A stretch of 32,000 nt of DNA from Erysipelothrix inopinata (GTDB lineage Bacteria; Bacillota_I; Bacilli_A; Erysipelotrichales; Erysipelotrichaceae). The translations under genes and the position numbers were made by a program. The DNA is taken from assembly GCF_014396165.1 (NCBI RefSeq), contig NZ_CP060715.1:120001-152000 (forward strand). The letters run 5' to 3'. The notes under the pieces were generated by a model. That model was not told where the DNA came from and did no database searches. It saw only the letters and a program-made list of their open reading frames with translations. Shown one piece after another: positions 1 to 6,398 of the stretch (within the stretch, counting starts at the first letter, position 1; each line of letters starts with the position of its first letter).

Positions 1-565
1 TTTTTAAATGTCCCAAGCTCAACATCGTATTTAACAACACTACCTTCGTGTTCTTTATGAGTACCGATATAAACATTTCCTACATCATCCGTTGTAATTG
101 ACCAGAATTGATGTCCAGGCATCGGTGTTCCTAAAAGTTCAACATTCTTCTCATTAGGTTTATATCGATAGAGTTGACCATCGTTATTAGGGCCTAATGC
201 TGCAATATAGACATTCCCTTGTGCATCCGCTGTATGTCCCCAAGATTGTGATACTCCTGGCATTAACTGTGAATACACAAGTGTGTTTGATTCAACATCC
301 AGAGCATTAAAATATCCACCATTCGTCATTGAATATGCATATAATTTGCCATTATATTCCGCAAATGTAGCGCTTATTACACTTGTTACTGTATCTATTT
401 GATTTCCGGTAGCTTCTGGTTCATAAAACCCCGGCCACTCAATACAGCATCTGGTTTTTCTGTTTCCTCAGAATCAGCATGAATTGTAGCGGTTGGTATT
501 GTAGAAACAAACGCCATAAATAAAGCTAAAATTGATATGCTAAAAGATTTGATAAATCGAGTCAT
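1..565 (-). pseudogene. Secreted beta-propeller-like repeat protein, N-terminal part (gene runs off the window start). The signal peptide and the mature region are in different frames.
   Basis: ATG at 565-563 is preceded by GGAG (572-575) and encodes MTRFIKSFSISILALFMAFVSTIPTATIHA. That frame stops at TAG 397-395. A second frame, open from 467 to the window edge, encodes WPGFYEPEATGNQID..GNVYIAALGPNNDGQLYRYKP..DDVGNVYIGTHKEH (repeated blade-like GNVYI motifs). The frame switch must lie between 470 and 395. The most likely site is the homopolymer run aaaaccccgg (425-434). Confidence 0.6.
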
Positions 566-723
566 TTCTTTCTCCTTTTATAAGAAAATATGTTCACGCT
601 AACATAGTTTCTGAATTACGGAAATTGTTCACTCATCTCAATTTCACTCAAAGCATATCATGTAGGCGCTTTCAATATTAGATAGAATATTGCGCAACTT
701 TATTAAATTCTTGCACTTCAACC

Positions 724-759
724 ATACAAAAAGTAGACTTCTTAACTTAAGAAGTCTAC
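724..759 (-). terminator. Rho-independent terminator downstream of the 389-aa gene
   Basis: Arms GTAGACTTCTTAA (733-745) and TTAAGAAGTCTAC (747-759) are perfectly complementary. On the minus strand they are followed by TTTTTG. Confidence 0.75.
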
Positions 760-775
760 CTCTACCACCGTGAAA

Positions 776-1945
776 CTACTCTAATTTAAAGTTTATTACT
801 TCTGGTTCTGTTCTGTACTTATCATTATTCTGCTCAAGAGGTGCATCTACGATCATCAGAAATTCATCACCAATCTTGACAACAGTAATAATTTCAAGGA
901 TATTCTCAGGAAATTCGATTGGAACAAGTGAATTTCTTTTCTGATCCAATAAGTACATCTTTTTTTTGTAATTATCTAAAAAGATAATATTATCTTCATC
1001 AAGATAGATTGCTTCTCTATTCATTTTATCCTTGATGATGTTTGTTATTTCTCCACTACGTAAGTCATAACGATTAAACGAACTTACTTCATCATTATCT
1101 GAAGTATAGTAGATTGTATCATCTATTTTCCATGATGCTATCACTCTAGATGGAATTGTAACTGTTTTAACACCGTCCTCATAGTAGTATATGATAGAGT
1201 CACTTTTATTAGATAGTGTTTGTGTGAATGTATTATTTCCACAGCTGAGAGAAGCTGATCTATCATACCTTTCATCATCACCAGCATCAAAGTAGTTATT
1301 AAAAATATCGTTGCTCTCCTGACTTATACCGCTACCATTAATACTCCATAAGGATCCAGAAATAACTTTTTTACCATCTTTTTTTTCATCACCCATTGAA
1401 TATGTATAATATTCATCATTAACCTTACAGAACTTGAATTCTCCCCACACTGGGTGGCTTTCAAAATCCAAGAGGGTTATTCCATTTTGTTTGTTTCCAT
1501 CTAAGACTCTAACTCTCAATTTATCTTCGAAATCGTTCATTACTAGTATTAAATTTGATTCGGTTGAGTCATATATAAAACCATCAACATTCTGATATAG
1601 CTGAGCACTTTTTCGTGTTTTAAGATCAAATTCATAAACTTGATTTTCTGTTCTAATCAAATTATCGGGTATCTCTTTTGAATAAATACTAAATCTTAAT
1701 TTATCGTTTTTAATATTTTCGTGTCTAATAAAATCAGTATCTTTAAAGTTTGCGTCAGAATCAAAATAATCTTTAAGCAAAATTCTCTCCTTAATGATTA
1801 GCTTTCTTTCCTGTTCCACAGTAAGTATATCATATACTTTTTCGGGATCATCTCTTGAAAATTTACGTCCTACTAATGAGAGACACAACAAAAGTATGAG
1901 TGTTATGAGTACTATCATGAATGTTTTATTCTTTTTGTTTACCAT
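776..1945 (-). CDS. Membrane-anchored hypothetical protein with an N-terminal TM helix and a beta-propeller-like (DUF5050/TolB-like flavour) ectodomain
   Basis: 389-aa ORF with RBS AGGAGG 5-6 nt upstream of the ATG. The N-terminus KTFMIVLITLILLLCLSLVG is a signal anchor. Repeated aromatic-rich strands are present (IIYYYEDG, TIYYTSDND, FNRYDLRSGE). The family call is from memory only. Confidence 0.7.
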   Translation of the reverse strand: MVNKKNKTFMIVLITLILLLCLSLVGRKFSRDDPEKVYDILTVEQERKLIIKERILLKDYFDSDANFKDTDFIRHENIKNDKLRFSIYSKEIPDNLIRTENQVYEFDLKTRKSAQLYQNVDGFIYDSTESNLILVMNDFEDKLRVRVLDGNKQNGITLLDFESHPVWGEFKFCKVNDEYYTYSMGDEKKDGKKVISGSLWSINGSGISQESNDIFNNYFDAGDDERYDRSASLSCGNNTFTQTLSNKSDSIIYYYEDGVKTVTIPSRVIASWKIDDTIYYTSDNDEVSSFNRYDLRSGEITNIIKDKMNREAIYLDEDNIIFLDNYKKKMYLLDQKRNSLVPIEFPENILEIITVVKIGDEFLMIVDAPLEQNNDKYRTEPEVINFKLE

Positions 1946-2197
1946 TTTGTCCTCCTATTATAAATTCAGGAATTCATTAGATAATACTTAATAGTTAAGG
2001 AATGAGTTGATTACTTATTTAACCTCCTATCCTTTTAGGAACTCTATCCCTAGTATTTGTTGAATGCACATATATGTATGAAATGAATATGTTTCTACTT
2101 ATATATATTTTATCATGATGAAGTATTCTTACAGTGAGATTTTGGTGAGAATACAGAAAATAGAACAGTTTTTTTATCTGCTATAGTTGTATTCCGC

Positions 2198-2225
2198 TAG
2201 ACTATTACTTCGATAGTGTTATAAT
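2198..2225 (+). promoter_or_regulatory. Sigma-A-type promoter of the esterase-padR operon
   Basis: TAGACT (2198-2203), 16-nt spacer, extended -10 TGtTATAAT (2217-2225), located 33 nt upstream of the ATG at 2258. Confidence 0.5.
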
Positions 2226-2229
2226 ATTT

Positions 2230-2245
2230 TAGTCTAATTAGACTA
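2230..2245. promoter_or_regulatory. Perfect 16-bp palindrome TAGTCTAATTAGACTA, candidate PadR operator
   Basis: The palindrome lies between the -10 box and the SD of the esterase gene. The half-site TAGACTA recurs at 2198-2204, overlapping the -35 position. Confidence 0.45.
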
Positions 2246-2257
2246 CGAGGTATATAT

Positions 2258-3109
2258 ATGAAAAAATCAATCCTAATTGTAGGACAATCAAACATGGCAG
2301 GACGAGGCTTTATTAATCAAGTTCCTGAAATCACAGATGAACGAATATACATGTGGAGAAATACTCGTTGGCAAATGATGAATGAGCCCATCAACTTTGA
2401 TCGTCATGTTGCCGGTATCGGACCATCAGCGTCTTTTGCAGCAGCTTGGCTTCTTGATCATCCTGAAGACGAGATTGCAATTATTCCTTGTGCAGAAGGA
2501 GGTAGTACTATTTCAGAGTGGCAAAGTGACCAACCACTCTTTACAAACGCAATCACCCAAACTAAAGTTGCACTTGAGAATACAGAACTCGTCGCAATTT
2601 TATGGCATCAAGGAGAAAGCGATAGCCACAGTGATTTATACACTAATTATGAAAAGAAACTCATTGATGTTTTAGAATCATTTCGATCTCAACTCAATCT
2701 ACCAAACATACCGATAGTAATTGGAACGCTATCTGATGAACTTGGGAAAGCAGGGTTTGGAATGAGCTGTACTCAATCTGAAAAGATTAATGATATTATC
2801 GAAAAAGTTGGGAACAGCATCCCTTATGTTGGACTTGCATCTGCAGAAGGTTTATCTTTAAATCCTGACGGAATTCATTTAGACTCAGTGTCGCAAAGAG
2901 TTTTTGGTATTCGATACTATCAAGCATATACAAAGCTAATGAATTATTCAAAGTCATTAGCTAGCGAAGCTGCGATACTTGAAGATATTTACTCGAAAAT
3001 GCCAACACAAGCAGAAAAAATGAATAAACTGAATACCCAATTTGCCCTTGGTAAAATTTCAATCGATACATATATGGAGTCTTACCAAAGCATCAATCAA
3101 GGAGAATAA
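2258..3109 (+). CDS. Sialate O-acetylesterase-like SGNH/DUF303 carbohydrate esterase
   Basis: 283-aa ORF. The N-terminal block ILIVGQSNMAGRG is the hallmark GQSNMxGRG motif of the sialic-acid 9-O-acetylesterase (SASA/DUF303) family. Downstream blocks WHQGESD and DGIHLD are present. Confidence 0.8.
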   Translation: MKKSILIVGQSNMAGRGFINQVPEITDERIYMWRNTRWQMMNEPINFDRHVAGIGPSASFAAAWLLDHPEDEIAIIPCAEGGSTISEWQSDQPLFTNAITQTKVALENTELVAILWHQGESDSHSDLYTNYEKKLIDVLESFRSQLNLPNIPIVIGTLSDELGKAGFGMSCTQSEKINDIIEKVGNSIPYVGLASAEGLSLNPDGIHLDSVSQRVFGIRYYQAYTKLMNYSKSLASEAAILEDIYSKMPTQAEKMNKLNTQFALGKISIDTYMESYQSINQGE

Positions 3110-3111
3110 CA

Positions 3112-3612
3112 ATGATTCAATTACTTATCTTAGGTTTACTGTTGAAGTATCCAAATACTCATGGCTATGAACTAATGAAGATAATGGACCAAAGACACTA
3201 TAAATACATAGTTCAATACACAAAAGGTTCTCTCTATTATAATCTACAAAAAATGAATGAGAAGGGATTCCTTTCTGGAACCCTTGATTCCAATGATCCG
3301 GAAATCACTTACTTTTCGGTGACACCTAAAGGTGAACAATTGTTCTCGGAGTTAATGGATAAATACGGAAATATATCAGAGTATGTCAATTTATCCTTTT
3401 ATACTCCAATGCTTTTCAACGAGTTAATTCCTGAAGAACACTACCATTCGTATATTAACTCTCAGATTAGTCAAATAGAATCAAAAATAGTGAATCTGAA
3501 TCACGCATTAGAAGATGTGAATACTTTAGATCCTAAGTTTCGTTTGATGCTTGAAAATTCACGGGAACACCATAAGGTAAATCTAAAGTGGTTTAAATCC
3601 TTATTATATTAA
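3112..3612 (+). CDS. PadR-family transcriptional regulator
   Basis: 166 aa. The N-terminal winged-helix pattern LILGLLLKYPNTHGYELMKIM..GSLYYNLQKMNEKGFL..YFSVTPKGEQ is typical of PadR. The gene sits 2 nt after the esterase stop, with GGAG upstream. Confidence 0.85.
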   Translation: MIQLLILGLLLKYPNTHGYELMKIMDQRHYKYIVQYTKGSLYYNLQKMNEKGFLSGTLDSNDPEITYFSVTPKGEQLFSELMDKYGNISEYVNLSFYTPMLFNELIPEEHYHSYINSQISQIESKIVNLNHALEDVNTLDPKFRLMLENSREHHKVNLKWFKSLLY

Positions 3613-3630
3613 AATAATTGAAGTAAAATA

Positions 3631-3666
3631 AAAAGAACCAAAAATCAAATTCTGGTTCTTTTTTTA
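3631..3666 (+). terminator. Rho-independent terminator of the esterase-padR operon
   Basis: AAGAACCA (3633-3640) pairs with TGGTTCTT (3653-3660), followed by a T-run through 3665. Confidence 0.8.
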
Positions 3667-3684
3667 GTCTTGTTACTGCTTTGT

Positions 3685-3716
3685 ATAAAAAAAACATAAC
3701 CTTTTGGGTGATGTTA
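3685..3716 (-). terminator. Rho-independent terminator, inferred to be the ancestral terminator of tRNA-Leu
   Basis: On the minus strand AACATCACC / GGTTATGTT form a stem (plus-strand 3693-3701 and 3707-3715, one C-T mismatch) with loop CAAAA, followed by TTTTTTTT. It lies directly after the distal direct repeat. Confidence 0.55.
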
Positions 3717-3737
3717 GTTTAATTTTATTTGGTGCGG
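3717..3737. repeat. Distal direct repeat (att-like), containing a copy of the tRNA-Leu 3' terminus
   Basis: GTTTAATTTTATTTGGTGCGG. It shares the blocks GTTTAATTT and TGGTGCGG with 5003-5025. The intervening spacer is 4 nt here versus 6 nt there. Confidence 0.5.
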
Positions 3738-3806
3738 ATACAGTAGGAATTCTACAAATAATGTTATCTGGGTTTCTAAACTTTGATAATCGTAAAAAAG
3801 GATTTA

Positions 3807-4253
3807 TCAATTACTTTCCAGAAAATCTGTAAGTGATGTAATCAACAGAGTTAAATATGTTTGATCCATACCTCGTATAAACAAAATTTTATCTTCTCCA
3901 GAAAAATTACTATTTATTCCATATCTAATAATTTGCATGTCTAATTCAATATTTCCAAGGTTGCCTACACTAGACACTTTAAGCATCACATCATTATCAT
4001 AAAAACCGTTATTTAAATGAGCTTCACCATTCAAGGTAGAATATAAACTTTTAAGGGAATCTAAAAATGTAATAAGGTTATATCTGTAAAATTCTAACTC
4101 TAAATCTAGTTTATAGAGGTCGGATTTGAGTGAGACATTCATAATATAATTTGAAGTAAAATTATTTGGGGTGTATTCATAATTTTTAATTGTCTTAACT
4201 AAAACAAATTGTAGGTATTCATTATCATCTTGTAATATAGTGAATTCGTTCAT
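3807..4253 (-). CDS. Hypothetical cytoplasmic protein (148 aa), function unknown. Faint resemblance to small polymorphic-toxin immunity proteins.
   Basis: Strong RBS CAGGAGGTGA 6 nt upstream of the ATG. No TM segment or signal peptide. The central motif NLITFLDSLKSLYSTLNGEAHL recalls WapI-like immunity proteins (from memory, unverified). Confidence 0.65.
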   Translation of the reverse strand: MNEFTILQDDNEYLQFVLVKTIKNYEYTPNNFTSNYIMNVSLKSDLYKLDLELEFYRYNLITFLDSLKSLYSTLNGEAHLNNGFYDNDVMLKVSSVGNLGNIELDMQIIRYGINSNFSGEDKILFIRGMDQTYLTLLITSLTDFLESN

Positions 4254-4363
4254 TGGGTGTCACCTCCTGGCAGCAGTTATGATGAGTTTATTAGGATAAA
4301 ACCTACCTTAGAATAGTAGTACCTTTTTTACGTAGTTCAGTAAGTAGAATGAATTATACATAT

Positions 4364-4936
4364 CTATGAGCTTGCACATCTTAGTAAGCCTTGTAAAACA
4401 GCACATCCACTTGAAACAAATTTACCCGTTACAATATTACTTCTGTAATAAAGATACGAGTAACTAATATTTCTTTGTAGGTTTTTATCCATGAAGTCAA
4501 AATTATTAATGACAAAGTAATTAACTTCTTTGCACTGTAGAAGATGCTGATTTTCAAATATGTAGTCCCATATCTCCGAAACATACTCACCGAGTAGCCT
4601 AAGTATGTACGGAATAACGAATGGATAATCTGCTATTATCTGTTTGTCTAAAATTTTTCTTAGGTAACTGAATCTAATAAACCCATTTTGATGTCGTGTC
4701 ATCAGGCACCAACCAATAATTTGTTCGACTTTGCACGTATATTTGAACTCTTCTGAGGATTGATACCCTAACCGATACGGAACTACACATTGAACTCCAT
4801 TATCATAATAGGGACTAGGATAATCAAAAATCCGTATATTATTCAAATCATTGTAATAGTTTTTATTAAAATTTAGAAAATTTTCCCATTCAGATTTCGA
4901 TAACGATACGAAAAATCTATTTAATTTACCTTCCAT
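4364..4936 (-). CDS. Hypothetical cytoplasmic protein (190 aa), function unknown
   Basis: RBS AAGGAG (4949-4954) lies upstream of the ATG at 4936. Trp/Tyr/Cys-rich, with no recognisable catalytic motif. Confidence 0.65.
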   Translation of the reverse strand: MEGKLNRFFVSLSKSEWENFLNFNKNYYNDLNNIRIFDYPSPYYDNGVQCVVPYRLGYQSSEEFKYTCKVEQIIGWCLMTRHQNGFIRFSYLRKILDKQIIADYPFVIPYILRLLGEYVSEIWDYIFENQHLLQCKEVNYFVINNFDFMDKNLQRNISYSYLYYRSNIVTGKFVSSGCAVLQGLLRCASS

Positions 4937-4959
4937 ATTCTGATGTTCTCCTTAGTTTC

Positions 4960-4968
4960 ATCATATCA
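4960..4968 (-). promoter_or_regulatory. Extended -10 element (TGaTATGAT) for the islet genes
   Basis: On the minus strand, TG (4968-4967), A, then TATGAT (4965-4960), between the tRNA terminator and the RBS of the 190-aa ORF. The -35 (TTGGTT at 18 nt) is weak. Confidence 0.35.
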
Positions 4969-4975
4969 ACTAATC

Positions 4976-5006
4976 AAATAAAAAACCAATCTTTTTAGAT
5001 TGGTTT
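4976..5006 (-). terminator. Rho-independent terminator immediately downstream of tRNA-Leu
   Basis: AAACCAATCT (4983-4992) and AGATTGGTTT (4997-5006) form a perfect 10-bp stem with a 4-nt loop. On the minus strand it is followed by TTTTTTATTT. Confidence 0.8.
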
Positions 5007-5025
5007 AATTTAAATTATGGTGCGG
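5003..5025. repeat. Proximal direct repeat, overlapping the tRNA-Leu 3' end and its flank
   Basis: GTTTAATTTAAATTATGGTGCGG, the partner of 3717-3737. Confidence 0.5.
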
Positions 5026-5100
5026 GCGAGAGGACTCGAACCTCCATGCCGAAGCGCTAGATCCTAAGTCTAGTGTGTCTGCCAATTTCACCACGCCCGC
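5018..5100 (-). tRNA. tRNA-Leu (anticodon UAG) with long variable arm and encoded CCA
   Basis: The minus strand reads GCGGGCG-TG-GTGAAATTGGCAGACAC-A-CTAGA-CTTAGGA-TCTAG-CGCTTCGGCATG-GGAGG-TTCGAGT-CCTCT-CGCCCGC-ACCA. It has a 7-bp acceptor stem, anticodon loop CT-TAG-GA, T-loop TTCGAGT and a class II variable arm. Confidence 0.95.
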
Positions 5101-5122
5101 AAGTATTTCTTAATGCTTATTG

Positions 5123-5151
5123 ATTATATCAACCTTAATAATAAATATCAA
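5123..5151 (-). promoter_or_regulatory. Sigma-A promoter of tRNA-Leu
   Basis: On the minus strand, TTGATA (5151-5146), 17-nt spacer, TATAAT (5128-5123) with an upstream TG (TGaTATAAT). Located about 22 nt upstream of the mature 5' end. Confidence 0.65.
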
Positions 5152-5232
5152 TAGGTTTTTCATAATTCTTTATAAAAAGTTAAATATTATGATTATCAGC
5201 CCTATTTACTCATCAAATAAGTGGATAGACAG

Positions 5233-5261
5233 TAAAAAAAGAAGAGTTTTTTCAACTCTTC
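5233..5261 (-). terminator. Rho-independent terminator of the 356-aa membrane protein gene
   Basis: GAAGAGTT (5241-5248) pairs with AACTCTTC (5254-5261). On the minus strand it is followed by TTTTTTTAC. Confidence 0.8.
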
Positions 5262-6332
5262 CTAGGCAAGTTCATCTTTTAATATATTCATGATTTCCCG
5301 TTCCATCTCATTCTCAAGAATAAAAGGATACTCTGCTGCAACAATTTCAAAATGTTTGTAGAGTTGATCATTCAGTTCTCCATCTTGAACATAAGACTTA
5401 AGATAAAGATACCTAACAATTTGCGGAGAGTACATAACACCGTTTATGTATCGTTTTAGCTGTTCTGTTTCTTCAGGAACTTCTTGGCTCATTCGCATCT
5501 GTAGGTAGTTGATTTCAAGTTCTAATTGCATCCGATAAACATATGGAATTCTTACATCAATCCCTTGGAGTTCTTTGAGATGAATTAAGCACTCGTTCCA
5601 ACCAATTTCCAATCGTTTTTGGTAAAGATAATAATAGTTGACCAAAAATGCATAATAGTTATCCACTAAATCAATAGGATAACTTCTAAATTCGAAGGAA
5701 TGACTGCGATCAGAAAAATCAAATTGCTCCCGATAAAATCCGGATAGTTGTACATAGGCATCGCGAGCCTGAATGCTTCTTCTTAAGGTTCGTACTGCTT
5801 CAGTATCGTTTATAAACAAACCATGCGGTACAGCGTTCACAAACAGCACTACCAGCCCCATAATGATAAATATAACCAATATGAGTTGCTTCATCATATC
5901 AAGGTTGGCATTCAAAACAATCACTGTCAGAAATAATGTCAGTATTCCGTTCGCAATGTTCCCACCTTGTAGATACAAGGTATAGGGTAATTCATCCAAC
6001 TCCACATCAGGAGTTTTCATAATACATTGCCCATTGATTCTTGGTACATGGTATCTCTTGAACTGAATTCCATATTCAGAAGAAACCATAACCCAATTTA
6101 ATAATTGAATCGATGTAAATTCATACCCAGATATTACTCCAAAAATATAATGTCCGAATTGTCGTACTACTATTTGAACCATGAGTACCAAAGCGCTTAA
6201 GATCGTGACAACGATAAACATAGGTACAAAAGAAAGCTTTAAAACAGGAGCGTACCGAACACTTGCCCATGATAGTGCTAAAGCAATACAGCTTACAATC
6301 ACCACGCGTAAACTTACTTCTTTAAGTTTCAT
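5262..6332 (-). CDS. Polytopic membrane protein with a degenerate M50B/site-2-protease-like core and a C-terminal helical cytoplasmic domain
   Basis: 356 aa with about 5 TM segments. The block VRQFGHYIFGVISGYEFTSIQL aligns by eye with the M50B motif HELGHxxxxxxxGxxxxSIxL, but HE is replaced by RQ. NAVPHGLFIND weakly resembles the NxxPxxxxDG motif. Confidence 0.55.
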   Translation of the reverse strand: MKLKEVSLRVVIVSCIALALSWASVRYAPVLKLSFVPMFIVVTILSALVLMVQIVVRQFGHYIFGVISGYEFTSIQLLNWVMVSSEYGIQFKRYHVPRINGQCIMKTPDVELDELPYTLYLQGGNIANGILTLFLTVIVLNANLDMMKQLILVIFIIMGLVVLFVNAVPHGLFINDTEAVRTLRRSIQARDAYVQLSGFYREQFDFSDRSHSFEFRSYPIDLVDNYYAFLVNYYYLYQKRLEIGWNECLIHLKELQGIDVRIPYVYRMQLELEINYLQMRMSQEVPEETEQLKRYINGVMYSPQIVRYLYLKSYVQDGELNDQLYKHFEIVAAEYPFILENEMEREIMNILKDELA

Positions 6333-6365
6333 TTTCCCCCCTATGTAGACATAATTAAGAATATA

Positions 6366-6393
6366 AAACTCCTAAAAACTAATTTAGGAGTTT
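6366..6393 (-). terminator. Terminator hairpin downstream of the DUF349 gene
   Basis: AAACTCCTAAA (6366-6376) and TTTAGGAGTTT (6383-6393) form a perfect 11-bp stem. The U-run on the minus strand is short (TTTTAT). Confidence 0.6.
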
Positions 6394-6398
6394 CATAA

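Larger units (their letters stand above)
3738..5017. mobile_element. Candidate integrated islet or remnant at tRNA-Leu carrying two orphan ORFs and no integrase
   Basis: Bounded by the two repeats. Each repeat is followed by its own terminator. Spot-counted 60-nt lines give 17/60 G+C at 3841-3900 and 16/60 at 4441-4500, versus 25/60 at 8221-8280 and 29/60 at 19441-19500. Confidence 0.4.

Noticed and set aside
1946-2197. SD-like GGAGG (minus strand, about 2024-2028), a 3-codon mini-ORF (ATGAATTCCTGA), and a GTGAGA direct repeat in the long intergenic region
   Set aside because: No start codon lies at a suitable distance from the SD-like element. The mini-ORF has no RBS. The repeats are hexamers at chance level.
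3730-3760. tRNA-like 3' end (TGGTGCGGATACAGTAGGAATTC), considered as a possible second tRNA gene
   Set aside because: Only the terminal CCGCACCA and a few adjacent bases resemble a tRNA. No T-arm (GTTCGA-type loop with a complementary stem), anticodon arm or D-arm can be drawn. I interpret it as an att-type partial duplication instead.
4254-4363. Weak hairpin with a T6 run (CTAC..GTAG TACCTTTTTT) on the plus strand between the two islet ORFs
   Set aside because: The stem is only 4-5 bp, and it is on the strand opposite to both genes. It is unlikely to be functional.
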